Shown here piece after piece: positions 1-7,749 of a DNA stretch of 64,000 bases. A program made the translations under genes and the position numbers. Numbering within the stretch: the stretch's first letter is position 1; each line of letters begins with the position of its first letter. The DNA comes from an uncultured Gemmatimonadaceae bacterium. Its GTDB lineage: Bacteria; Gemmatimonadota; Gemmatimonadetes; Gemmatimonadales; GWC2-71-9. Location: assembly GCA_964647615.1 (NCBI GenBank), contig CAZYIV010000007.1, positions 1,950 through 65,949 on the forward strand, given 5' to 3'. A model generated the notes under the pieces. It was given only the letters and a program-made list of their open reading frames with translations. It ran no database searches and had not been told where the DNA came from.

Positions 1-240
1 AGCCGACGGCCCCCACCGGGCCAGCTGCCGCAGCCGTGCCCCGGCCCCGCGCCGGATGGCGAGCTCCAGGTCCGCGGCCTCGGGCCGCGCCTCGGCGGTG
101 GCATAGCCCAGCCGCGAGAGTTCGCGGGCGAGGTGCTGCAGGTCGCCGCAGCGGAGCAGGGTGGCGCGGCCCGGCGGGTCGAGCAGGTGGGTGGAGAGGC
201 CGGCGGCCCGCACCACGAGGGCATCGAGCGCGGTGCTCAT
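1..240 (-). CDS. V/A-type ATP synthase subunit C (d-like), N-terminal fragment running off the window
   Basis: Minus-strand frame is open from ATG 240..238 (MSTALDALVVRAAGLSTHLLDPPGRATLL...) to the window edge. The ATG overlaps the TGA of the subunit-E gene (ATGA). The call rests on position in the G-I-K-E-C order known from the Thermus A/V-ATPase operon, not on motifs. Confidence 0.45.
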   Translation of the reverse strand, partial: MSTALDALVVRAAGLSTHLLDPPGRATLLRCGDLQHLARELSRLGYATAEARPEAADLELAIRRGAGARLRQLARWGPSA

Positions 241-812
241 GCCCCGGGCTCCAGCGCGGCCAGGATCCGCATCCGCGCCTCGGACTCACGGGTCCGCAGC
301 AGCCCCGCCAGCGACGCATCCACTTCCAGCCGGGCGTCGGTGGTGCGCAGCAGTGCGCCCCCGCAGACCGCCGGGTCGGGGCGCAGGGCACCGTTCAGGC
401 GGGACCCCAGGCTGGCCGAGAGCGCCGCGACGAGTTCCGGGGTGACGCGGACCTCGACCGGCACGGTGCCCGCGTAGCCGAGGGCCTGCAGCACCAGCCC
501 GCCAATCCGGGCCGGGGAGGGAGGCTCCGCGGCGAGGCGCTCGCGGACCCGGTCGAGCACCCGGGCGAGCAGGGCCTCGCGGGCGAGGAGGACCGCCCGT
601 TCGGCCTCGCGCGCGGCGCCGGCGATTTCCCCGCCGAAGGCGCGCTCGAGGTGGTCCCGTTCCCGGGCGAGCGCCTCGGCCCGGCGGCGCGCCACCCGCT
701 CCTCTGCTCCGGCGAGCAGGCGCTCCGCCTCGGCCCGGGCGGTGGCGCCCTCGGCGGCGATCCGCTCGCTGGTCTCGCGTTCCAGCGCGGCCAGCAGGTC
801 GTCGAGCGCCAT
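237..812 (-). CDS. V/A-type ATP synthase subunit E (peripheral stalk)
   Basis: 191 aa with an Ala/Glu/Arg-rich coiled-coil N-half (MALDDLLAALERETSERIAAEGATARAEAERLL...) and a globular C-half, as in subunit E. It lies between the proteolipid gene and the C-like gene. Confidence 0.7.
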   Translation of the reverse strand: MALDDLLAALERETSERIAAEGATARAEAERLLAGAEERVARRRAEALARERDHLERAFGGEIAGAAREAERAVLLAREALLARVLDRVRERLAAEPPSPARIGGLVLQALGYAGTVPVEVRVTPELVAALSASLGSRLNGALRPDPAVCGGALLRTTDARLEVDASLAGLLRTRESEARMRILAALEPGA

Positions 813-818
813 GGCGAC

Positions 819-1037
819 TCAGGCGCCGCCGCGCAGCATGATCAGCACCGCCACCACGAAGCCCAGCACGACCATCGTCTCCGGAATGGCCACCATGATG
901 ATCACCGTGGTGGTCAGCTCCGGCTTCTCCGCCAGGGTGGCGGCGCCGGCCGGCCCGATCCGGGACTGGGCCCACGCCGTGGCAAGCGCGGGAAGTCCGA
1001 CGGCGATGGCGGCGGCGAGCGGGATCCAGAACGACAT
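819..1037 (-). CDS. V/A-type ATP synthase proteolipid subunit K (c)
   Basis: 72-aa two-helix hairpin, MSFWIPLAAAIAVGLPALATAWAQSRIGPAGAATLAEKPELTTTVIIMVAIPETMVVLGFVVAVLIML, with a carboxylate (PE) in helix 2. AAAGGAG lies 6 nt upstream of ATG 1037. The Arg/Pro-rich 5' extension in the ORF track (to 1142) is rejected. Confidence 0.8.
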   Translation of the reverse strand: MSFWIPLAAAIAVGLPALATAWAQSRIGPAGAATLAEKPELTTTVIIMVAIPETMVVLGFVVAVLIMLRGGA

Positions 1038-1050
1038 GCGGGGCTCCTTT

Positions 1051-2931
1051 CTAGGCGGCCCGGGAGCGGGGCGGCGTCCAGTGACTGAACGGGCGGTAGG
1101 CGACGCCGCCCGGGCTGTAGAAATTCCCGAAGAACTCGACATAGTGGAGCCGCAGCGCGTGCACGGTGGGGCTCAGGATGCCGAGCGCGAAGTTCACCAG
1201 GTGGAACAGGAGCGCGAACAGCACGCCGACCAGCGCGCTGCCGAAGGCGCCGGCCATCTGGTTGGCGACGACGGCGAGCATCACGCTCGCGGTGCCCAGT
1301 GCCATGATGCGGGAGTAGGAGAGGACCCGGCCCAGGGTGGAGAGGAACTCCACCGGCGCCACGATGCCCTCGACCACCACCAGGAGGGGGAAGGCCACCA
1401 GGATGGCGATGGTGGCCGGCGTGAGCAGCGCGTGCGGCACCACCTCCACGCTGGCGAGCAGTGCCACGATGACCAGCACCAGCATCAGCGCCGCGAGCCC
1501 GCGCCCGATGGCGGTGCGGCGGTGGGAGTGGAACGCGGTGACCGCGCCGATCACCAGCCCCAGCAGCATGTGCACCGCGCCCAGCGAGACGGCGAGGATC
1601 AGGAACGGCACCACCGCTTCCTCGCGGTCGAACCAGAGCGGGTGGAGCCCGAACCAGCGCCGCCCCAGGTCGCCGAAGAACTCGCCGAACACGACGCCGA
1701 AGATGGCGGTGAACGCGGCGCAGGCGAGCAGGATCTCCGCCAGCGACCGCTGCCACCCCTCCTCCCGGTGCCGGCGGCGCAGCAGGAAGCCGATGACGAA
1801 CAGCACCGCGCCGTAGCCCAGGTCGCCGAGGATCAGGCCGAAGAACATCGGGAAGAACACCGCCACGAACGGCGTCGGATCAATGCTCCCGTAGCGGGGC
1901 AGGGGCAGCAGGCTCACCAGCAGCTCGAAGGGCCGGAACAGCCGCGGATTGCGCAGCACCACCGGTGCCTCCTCCGCGATCCAGTGGTCGTGCCCCACCA
2001 CCTCCACCACCACTTCCGGGCCGAACTCCGCCCCCAGGGACGCGACCAGCCTCGGCTGGCCGCTGGCCGGCAGCCAGCCCTCCAGCACGAACGCCCGGGC
2101 CGTGACCCGGCTCAGGTCGCGGGCCTGCAGCTGCGCGACGGCGTCGCGGCAGAGCCGAAGCCCGGCCCGGAGCCGGGGCTCGGTGGCGCGGCGCACATCG
2201 GCCTGCTCGCGGCGGGCGCGGGTCAGCTCCGCCGGGAGCTGCCGGGCCCGCTCCTGCATCGCGGGCATGGCCTCCGCCAGGGTGCGGCCGGCGATGCCGG
2301 CCGGCAGCGCCACCTCGCTCACCCGCCCGGCGGAGAGCAGCTGTTCCACCCGCTCCGCGGCATGCTCCGGCACCAGGATGATCAGCGCCGTCTCGTCGGC
2401 GGGGAGCGGATGGCTGCGCAGCTCGAAGGCGGGGCCGAGCAGCGCGGTCAGCTCCTCCCGCAGCCGGGCGATGCTGTCCTGCTGCCCGGCCCGCACCACC
2501 ACGTGGTAGGCGCGCCCGCTGGCGAAGCGGGGCTGGGCGCGGAGCAGCGGCTCGAAGGCGCGGAACACCGCCTCATAGCGGGAGAGCAGCGCCTGTTCCT
2601 CCTCGAGGCCCTGGATCCGGCTGGTCAGCCGTTCCGCCTCCCGCCGGGTGCGGCGGCAGAGCCGGGCCACCCGGGGCAGCGGTTCGGGGGCGGGCGCGTA
2701 GCCCCCCTCGTCCCCACCCAGCAGGCGGAGGGCGGTGACACCGTCCTCGATGGCCCGCGTGAGGTAGCGGAGCCGGCGGTCCTCGGCGACGGAGCGGATG
2801 GGGGTGTCGAGCAGCGGCGCGTGGGCCGGCGGCGCGAGGTGGACCAGGCCGAGGTCCTGCAGCCGGTCGAGCACCGGTTCGAGTTGCAGCCGGGGTCCGA
2901 GGATCCGCACCCGCGCCATGGCCAGGATCAT
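1051..2931 (-). CDS. V/A-type ATP synthase subunit I (a)
   Basis: 626 aa with a soluble N-half (..MARVRILGPRLQLEPVLDRLQDLGLVHL) and a multi-helix hydrophobic C-half. The C-half ends in HALRLHYVEFFGNFY, which is probably the conserved Arg helix. The ATG overlaps the stop of the upstream small gene (ATGA at 2928..2931). Confidence 0.85.
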   Translation of the reverse strand: MILAMARVRILGPRLQLEPVLDRLQDLGLVHLAPPAHAPLLDTPIRSVAEDRRLRYLTRAIEDGVTALRLLGGDEGGYAPAPEPLPRVARLCRRTRREAERLTSRIQGLEEEQALLSRYEAVFRAFEPLLRAQPRFASGRAYHVVVRAGQQDSIARLREELTALLGPAFELRSHPLPADETALIILVPEHAAERVEQLLSAGRVSEVALPAGIAGRTLAEAMPAMQERARQLPAELTRARREQADVRRATEPRLRAGLRLCRDAVAQLQARDLSRVTARAFVLEGWLPASGQPRLVASLGAEFGPEVVVEVVGHDHWIAEEAPVVLRNPRLFRPFELLVSLLPLPRYGSIDPTPFVAVFFPMFFGLILGDLGYGAVLFVIGFLLRRRHREEGWQRSLAEILLACAAFTAIFGVVFGEFFGDLGRRWFGLHPLWFDREEAVVPFLILAVSLGAVHMLLGLVIGAVTAFHSHRRTAIGRGLAALMLVLVIVALLASVEVVPHALLTPATIAILVAFPLLVVVEGIVAPVEFLSTLGRVLSYSRIMALGTASVMLAVVANQMAGAFGSALVGVLFALLFHLVNFALGILSPTVHALRLHYVEFFGNFYSPGGVAYRPFSHWTPPRSRAA

Positions 2932-3299
2932 GGGGTCGATCCGGCATCCGGGGTGGCGAGCCAGCGCAGCACCACCCCGGCGAGGCGTTCGGTGGTGGCG
3001 GCATCCACCTCCGCGTAGCGTGCCCGGCGCCGCTCCGCGGCGGCCTCCAGTGCGGTGATGCGGGCGTGGGTCGTCGCCGCGAGCTCCTGGCGCATGGCCT
3101 CGGTCGCCACCCGGAGCTCCGTCTCCAGTCCGGACTCGAGTGCCGCCGCGCGCTCCCGGGCGGAGGCGATTTCGGCGGCGTGGTCGCGCCGGGCGGCGTC
3201 GAGCCGGACCCCGAGCTGGTGTTCCAGGGCAATCAGGCGGGCAAGGTCATCCTCGGCCCCGGGTGGGGCCGTGAGGCTGGTGCGGCGGGTGTGTGCCAT
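2928..3299 (-). CDS. small coiled-coil protein, probably V/A-ATPase peripheral-stalk subunit G-like
   Basis: 123 aa, Ala/Glu/Arg-rich and predicted helical. It is the first gene directly upstream of subunit I, as atpG is in the Thermus atpGILECFABD operon. No diagnostic motif was seen. Confidence 0.45.
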   Translation of the reverse strand: MAHTRRTSLTAPPGAEDDLARLIALEHQLGVRLDAARRDHAAEIASARERAAALESGLETELRVATEAMRQELAATTHARITALEAAAERRRARYAEVDAATTERLAGVVLRWLATPDAGSTP

Positions 3300-3540
3300 G
3301 GCCCCTTCCGCGTCCAGGGACCGGTCTGGGTCGGGCCTGCCCGGACGGACAGGCGCCCGAGGCCATGGTGAACATCGCGGGGGGAGGGGGAAGTGGTCGT
3401 GAACCCCGGTATAAGGATGACTTCAAAGGGGTTAGAGGCGGGTGGGGGTGTGGCAGAGGGGCCACTCTGGCGTGGGGGGGCCGGGATCGGTACACTCCAC
3501 CGCCGGCCCGAGCCGGCCGCCCCTCCCCCAGCCCAGCGCC

Positions 3541-5088
3541 ATGATCCGTTTCAACCACATCACGGGCAGCCTCGCCGGGACCTCCACGGAACTGGACAAG
3601 CGCAGCATCCGCATCGGCACCAGCGGAGACTGCGACCTCCGGTATTCCCTAGACAAGGACCCGGAGGTGGGGCGATACCATGCCGCGGTGGTGCGGAAGG
3701 AGAGCGCCTATCACCTGCTCGACCTGGGGCAGGCGGGGGGCGTGTGGGTGAACGGGGAGCGGATCCAGAGCCAGCCGCTCAAGAGCGGCGACCGGATCCG
3801 GTTCGGGGCGGAGGGGGGCCCCGAATGCGAGGTGGCGGTGGTCTTCGACCCCAACTACGACGCGGCCAAGGACGCGGCGCAGATGGTCGAGACCTTCAAG
3901 GAAAAGACCCGCGAAACCTCGGCGCTCCGCATCGTGGCGGCGGCGGCGGAGCGGGTGGCGGAGGAGCGGGCCCGGGCGGGCGGCACCAAGTCCCGGCGCA
4001 CCATGGAGGTGATGGCCGCCACCATCCACGAGGTCGGCGACCTCATGCGGACCCAGACCCGGCGCCGCTGGGTCAAGATCGTGGGCGCGGTGACGGCGGT
4101 GTCGCTGCTGGTGGTGTCCATCCTCTCGTTCGTGCTGTACCGCAAGCAGCAGCAGATCAACCAGCTGCTGGACCAGAAGGCGCGCTACGACACCGAGCTC
4201 CGGAACATCCAGGACCGGATGGCGGTGGAGCGCGACTCGACCAAGCTGAGCCAGCTGGAGCGGGAGTTCCAGATCACCCAGGCCAACGCCGTGCAGGCCC
4301 TGGCGGAGCTGGCGACGAAGGACCGGGCCAAGGCGGAAGAGGCCGCCGAGAGCGGTGATGAGCTGGACCGCGAGATCCGCGAGGTCCTGCGGCAGTTCGA
4401 TGCGACGTCCTACGCCGTGCCGCCCATCTTCAAGGAGCGGGTGGCCTACCATATCCAGCAGCTGCAGAAGGCCGGACCCACGGCCCGCCTCATCTACCGG
4501 CGCAAGGTGAAGTACTGGCCCCAGATCACCCAGGAGTTCAAGGCGCTGGAGCTCCCCGACGCCATGGCCTACGTGGCCTGGACCGAGTCGCAGTTCGACC
4601 CGCTGGCCAAGAGCAGTGCGGGTGCCCGGGGGATGTGGCAGATGACCCGGACCACGGCCCAGTCCATGGGCCTCCGGGTGGACGGGGCGGTGGACGAGCG
4701 CACCGACGTCAGCAAGCAGACCCGCGCCGCCGCCAAGTACCTCGCCGGGCTGCTGGCGGAGTTCGGCGAGGACGCCTTCATGCTGGCCATGGCCAGCTAC
4801 AACAAGGGCGAGAACGGGGTGCGGCGGGTGCTGCGGAAGGTGGCCCAGACCCCGGGGGGCTTCAAGAAGGCGAAACGCGACTTCTGGCACCTCTACCGGC
4901 TCAAGCTGCTCCCGGAGGAGACCCGGGAGTACGTCCCCAAGATCATCGCCGCGGCCATCGTGTGCACCCATCCGGAGAAGTACGGGCTGGTGAAGCCGGA
5001 CAGCACCGCCGACTCGGGGGCGGCGGTGGCCGCCGCCCCGCCCCCCGGGGCCAAGCCCCCCGCCGCCCCCCCCGCCCGCGCCCGCTGA
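3541..5088 (+). CDS. FHA domain / TM / coiled-coil / SLT-type lytic transglycosylase fusion protein
   Basis: Start chosen at MIRFNHITGSLAGTSTELDKRSIRIGTSGDCDL (FHA-like, ...GGVWVNGERIQSQPLKSGDRIRFG). A TM helix (WVKIVGAVTAVSLLVVSILSFVLY) is followed by coiled coil. The C-terminal SLT motif reads AYVAWTESQFDPLAKSSAGARGMWQM...SYNKGENGV. The upstream in-frame extension from 3442 was judged non-coding. Confidence 0.8.
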   Translation: MIRFNHITGSLAGTSTELDKRSIRIGTSGDCDLRYSLDKDPEVGRYHAAVVRKESAYHLLDLGQAGGVWVNGERIQSQPLKSGDRIRFGAEGGPECEVAVVFDPNYDAAKDAAQMVETFKEKTRETSALRIVAAAAERVAEERARAGGTKSRRTMEVMAATIHEVGDLMRTQTRRRWVKIVGAVTAVSLLVVSILSFVLYRKQQQINQLLDQKARYDTELRNIQDRMAVERDSTKLSQLEREFQITQANAVQALAELATKDRAKAEEAAESGDELDREIREVLRQFDATSYAVPPIFKERVAYHIQQLQKAGPTARLIYRRKVKYWPQITQEFKALELPDAMAYVAWTESQFDPLAKSSAGARGMWQMTRTTAQSMGLRVDGAVDERTDVSKQTRAAAKYLAGLLAEFGEDAFMLAMASYNKGENGVRRVLRKVAQTPGGFKKAKRDFWHLYRLKLLPEETREYVPKIIAAAIVCTHPEKYGLVKPDSTADSGAAVAAAPPPGAKPPAAPPARAR

Positions 5089-5285
5089 CCCCCCCCCTCC
5101 ACGGGGGGAGGTCCCGGGATGACAACCGGATGACAGCATTGTCATGCGGCCGTGTGAGTCTGGTCACTTCCGTCCAGTTTTCAGCCGTTTAGCATTGGGG
5201 CACTTCACGCGGCCACCCTTACCGCGTGTGGCGGGGGCCGGCGCCGGCTGGCGCGGCACCCCTCGACCCCAGTGGGAGGTACCCG

Positions 5286-6194
5286 ATGCGTCGTACTCTC
5301 TGGCTTGTGCCGCTGGTGCTGGCGATGGCCTGCAACCAGCACAAGGAAGAGTTGAGCAAGGCGCTCGCCGATGCGCAGGCGCTCGCGGCGGAGAAGGACA
5401 GCCTGATCACCGAGGTGCTGGAGACCTCGAAGTTCGTGAACGGCGTCAACGAGGAGCTGGCCAAGGCGCGGACCGCGCTGGTCACCAGCGCCACCAACTC
5501 CGATGCCGGCACCCCGGCCGAGCGGGATCGCGCGGCCCGGGCCGCGGCGCTGGAGCGGGTGCAGGCCCTGGTGTCGCGGCTCAACGAGACCGAGCAGCGC
5601 CTGGAGCAGAGCACCCAGCGGGCCCGGTCCCTGGCCGGCCGCAACACCGGGCTGCTGCGCCAGATCGAGGAGTACAAGGCGAGCGTCGACAGCCTGCAGG
5701 CGACCGCCCTCCGCACCGAGACCGAGCTGCGCGGCGTGATCGACTCGCAGTCGGTGCAGATCGCCGGCCTGACCTCGGAGCTCGACACCACCCGCGCGGC
5801 CAATGCGCAGCTGAGCACCGACAAGATGGCGCTGCAGGACACGGTCACCAACCTGACCACCTACAAGAACACGGTGTACTACATCGCGGGCACCGAGGAA
5901 GAGCTGCTGCAGAAGGGCGTGGTCGTGAAGGAGGGGAAGAAGTTCCTCTTCTTCGGCGGCAAGCACCTGAGCCCGGCCCGCAGCCTCGATCCGTCGCAGT
6001 TCACCGCGATGAACAAGGTGAGTGACACCGACATCGTGCTCCCGGCCGGCGAGTACAAGGTCATCTCCCGGCAGGACCTGGCCTTCGCCGATTCCGGCTC
6101 GGTCAAGGACGGCAAGGTCAGCGGCGAGCTCCGGATCAGCCAGCCCGAGCAGTTCTGGGCCGGGTCGAAGTACCTGATCCTGGTGGAGAACTGA
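5286..6194 (+). CDS. secreted or lipoprotein-like coiled-coil protein, function unknown
   Basis: GGGAGG lies 6 nt upstream of ATG 5286. The signal peptide MRRTLWLVPLVLAMAC has a lipobox-like Cys. A long coiled-coil region is followed by a globular C-terminus. Confidence 0.6.
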   Translation: MRRTLWLVPLVLAMACNQHKEELSKALADAQALAAEKDSLITEVLETSKFVNGVNEELAKARTALVTSATNSDAGTPAERDRAARAAALERVQALVSRLNETEQRLEQSTQRARSLAGRNTGLLRQIEEYKASVDSLQATALRTETELRGVIDSQSVQIAGLTSELDTTRAANAQLSTDKMALQDTVTNLTTYKNTVYYIAGTEEELLQKGVVVKEGKKFLFFGGKHLSPARSLDPSQFTAMNKVSDTDIVLPAGEYKVISRQDLAFADSGSVKDGKVSGELRISQPEQFWAGSKYLILVEN

Positions 6195-6229
6195 CCGCCG
6201 CAACCTTTTGACCCGATCAGGCGTCATAG

Positions 6230-6266
6230 CCCCCCGGAGAGACCCTCCGGGGGGCGTTGCGTTTCC
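6230..6266 (+). terminator. rho-independent terminator after the lipoprotein-like gene
   Basis: Perfect 10-bp stem CCCCCCGGAG (6230..6239) / CTCCGGGGGG (6245..6254) with a 5-nt loop, followed by CGTTGCGTTTCC. Confidence 0.6.
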
Positions 6267-6384
6267 AGCCAGGTGCTGGCCCCCCGCCGCGGTTGCCGTC
6301 CCGTGACCCGACCCGCAAGTTAGCCCCACCGCCCCGGCCCCCCGCCGGGCGGGGTCTGCCTGACATTCCCGCCCGGGAGAGCCG

Positions 6385-7746
6385 ATGTCGCTGCAGCGCA
6401 AGCGCGTCCTGATGGCCGCCGCCCTGCTCCTGGTGGGCGCGCCCACCACCTGGCTGCTGGCCCGCAACCCCGCCACCGCCGGGGCGGCGATCCTCGCGCC
6501 GGTGAAGCGCGGCGAGTTCGTGGTCACGGTGACCACGTCCGGGGAGCTCCGGGCCCTCAAGTTCGTCCAGATCACGGTCCCGCCCAACGTGCAGGAGGCC
6601 GAGATCTACCAGATGAAGATCGCCTCGCTGGTGCCCGAGGGGACGGTGGTGAAGGAAGGCGAGGTGGTGGCCGAGCTGGACCGGTCGACCCTCGCGCCGA
6701 AGATGGCCGAGGTGCAGCTCGCCCTGCAGAAGGCCCAGGCGGTGTACGAGCAGGCGATGCTCGACTCCACCCTCAATCTCTCCAAGGCCCGGGAGGACAT
6801 CCGGAGCATGGAGCTGGGGCTTGAGGAGAAGCGGCTGGCCAAGGAACAGGCGGCCTATGAGGCGCCCACGGTGCAGCGGCAGGCGGAGATCGACCTGGAG
6901 AAGGCGGAGCGGGCACTGGCCCAGGCCAAGCTGGACTACAAGACCAAGACCGACCAGGCGAAGGCCAAGATGAGCGAGGTCGGCGCCGACCTCGACCGGC
7001 AGAAGAACAAGCTGGGTGTCATCCAGCAGGTGATGCAGGGGTTCACGATCACCGCGCCCGCCCCGGGCATGGTGATCTACGTGAAGGAGTGGAACGGGCG
7101 GAAGCGGACGACCGGCTCGCAGGTGAACAGCTGGGACCCGGGCGTGGCCACCCTGCCGGACCTGACCCACATGGAGTCGGTCACCTACATCAACGAGATC
7201 GACGTCCGCAAGGTGACGGTGGGGCAGCCGGTGACGCTCACCCTCGACTCCGATCCGACCAAGCGGCTCAGCGGCAAGGTGACCGCCGTGGCCAACGTGG
7301 GGGAGCAGCGGCCCAACACCGACGCGAAGGTGTTCGAGGTGAAGGTGGACGTGACCCAGGTGGATACCACGCTCCGCCCGGGGATGACCACCGGCAACGT
7401 GATCGAGACCCTGCGGCTCCCCGACGCCCTGTTCATCCCGATCGAGGCGCTCAACTCCGCCGATGGCGTGCCCTTCGTCTACAAGGCGAACGGCAGCCGG
7501 GTGGTGCGGCAGGAGGTGGTGACCGGGGCGATGAGCGAGGACGAGGCGGTGATCACCGCCGGTCTCGACGCGGGCGACAAGGTGGTGCTCTCGCCGCCGC
7601 ACGACGGCGCCAGCCTGCCGCTGGTGCGGCTGCCCGGATCCACCGCCGGGATGCCCGCCGCCGGCGGCGACACCACGGAGAAGAGCCAGCCGTTCGTCCC
7701 GCCGGCCGACTCGGCCGCCGGCACCCGGCCCGCCCGGCGGAACTGA
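6385..7746 (+). CDS. efflux periplasmic adaptor (HlyD/MacA family)
   Basis: 453 aa with an N-terminal anchor (MSLQRKRVLMAAALLLVGAP), barrel-sandwich and coiled-coil hairpin regions (LALQKAQAVYEQA...LAQAKLDYKTK), and beta-barrel domains typical of MacA-type adaptors. Confidence 0.85.
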   Translation: MSLQRKRVLMAAALLLVGAPTTWLLARNPATAGAAILAPVKRGEFVVTVTTSGELRALKFVQITVPPNVQEAEIYQMKIASLVPEGTVVKEGEVVAELDRSTLAPKMAEVQLALQKAQAVYEQAMLDSTLNLSKAREDIRSMELGLEEKRLAKEQAAYEAPTVQRQAEIDLEKAERALAQAKLDYKTKTDQAKAKMSEVGADLDRQKNKLGVIQQVMQGFTITAPAPGMVIYVKEWNGRKRTTGSQVNSWDPGVATLPDLTHMESVTYINEIDVRKVTVGQPVTLTLDSDPTKRLSGKVTAVANVGEQRPNTDAKVFEVKVDVTQVDTTLRPGMTTGNVIETLRLPDALFIPIEALNSADGVPFVYKANGSRVVRQEVVTGAMSEDEAVITAGLDAGDKVVLSPPHDGASLPLVRLPGSTAGMPAAGGDTTEKSQPFVPPADSAAGTRPARRN

Positions 7747-7749
7747 GGC

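Noticed and set aside
742-3018. 758-aa plus-strand ORF across the V-ATPase genes (also 36..1088 and 914..1756)
   Set aside because: These are antisense or out-of-frame shadows with His/Arg/Gly/Gln-rich composition. The minus strand encodes recognisable I, K and E subunits with RBS and coupling signals.
3375-3480. G-runs (GGGGGGAGGGGG, GGGTGGGGGTGTGG, GTGGGGGGG) as a G-quadruplex element
   Set aside because: The run spacing does not give four G3+ tracts with short loops, and such runs are expected in about 70% GC intergenic DNA. There is no supporting context.
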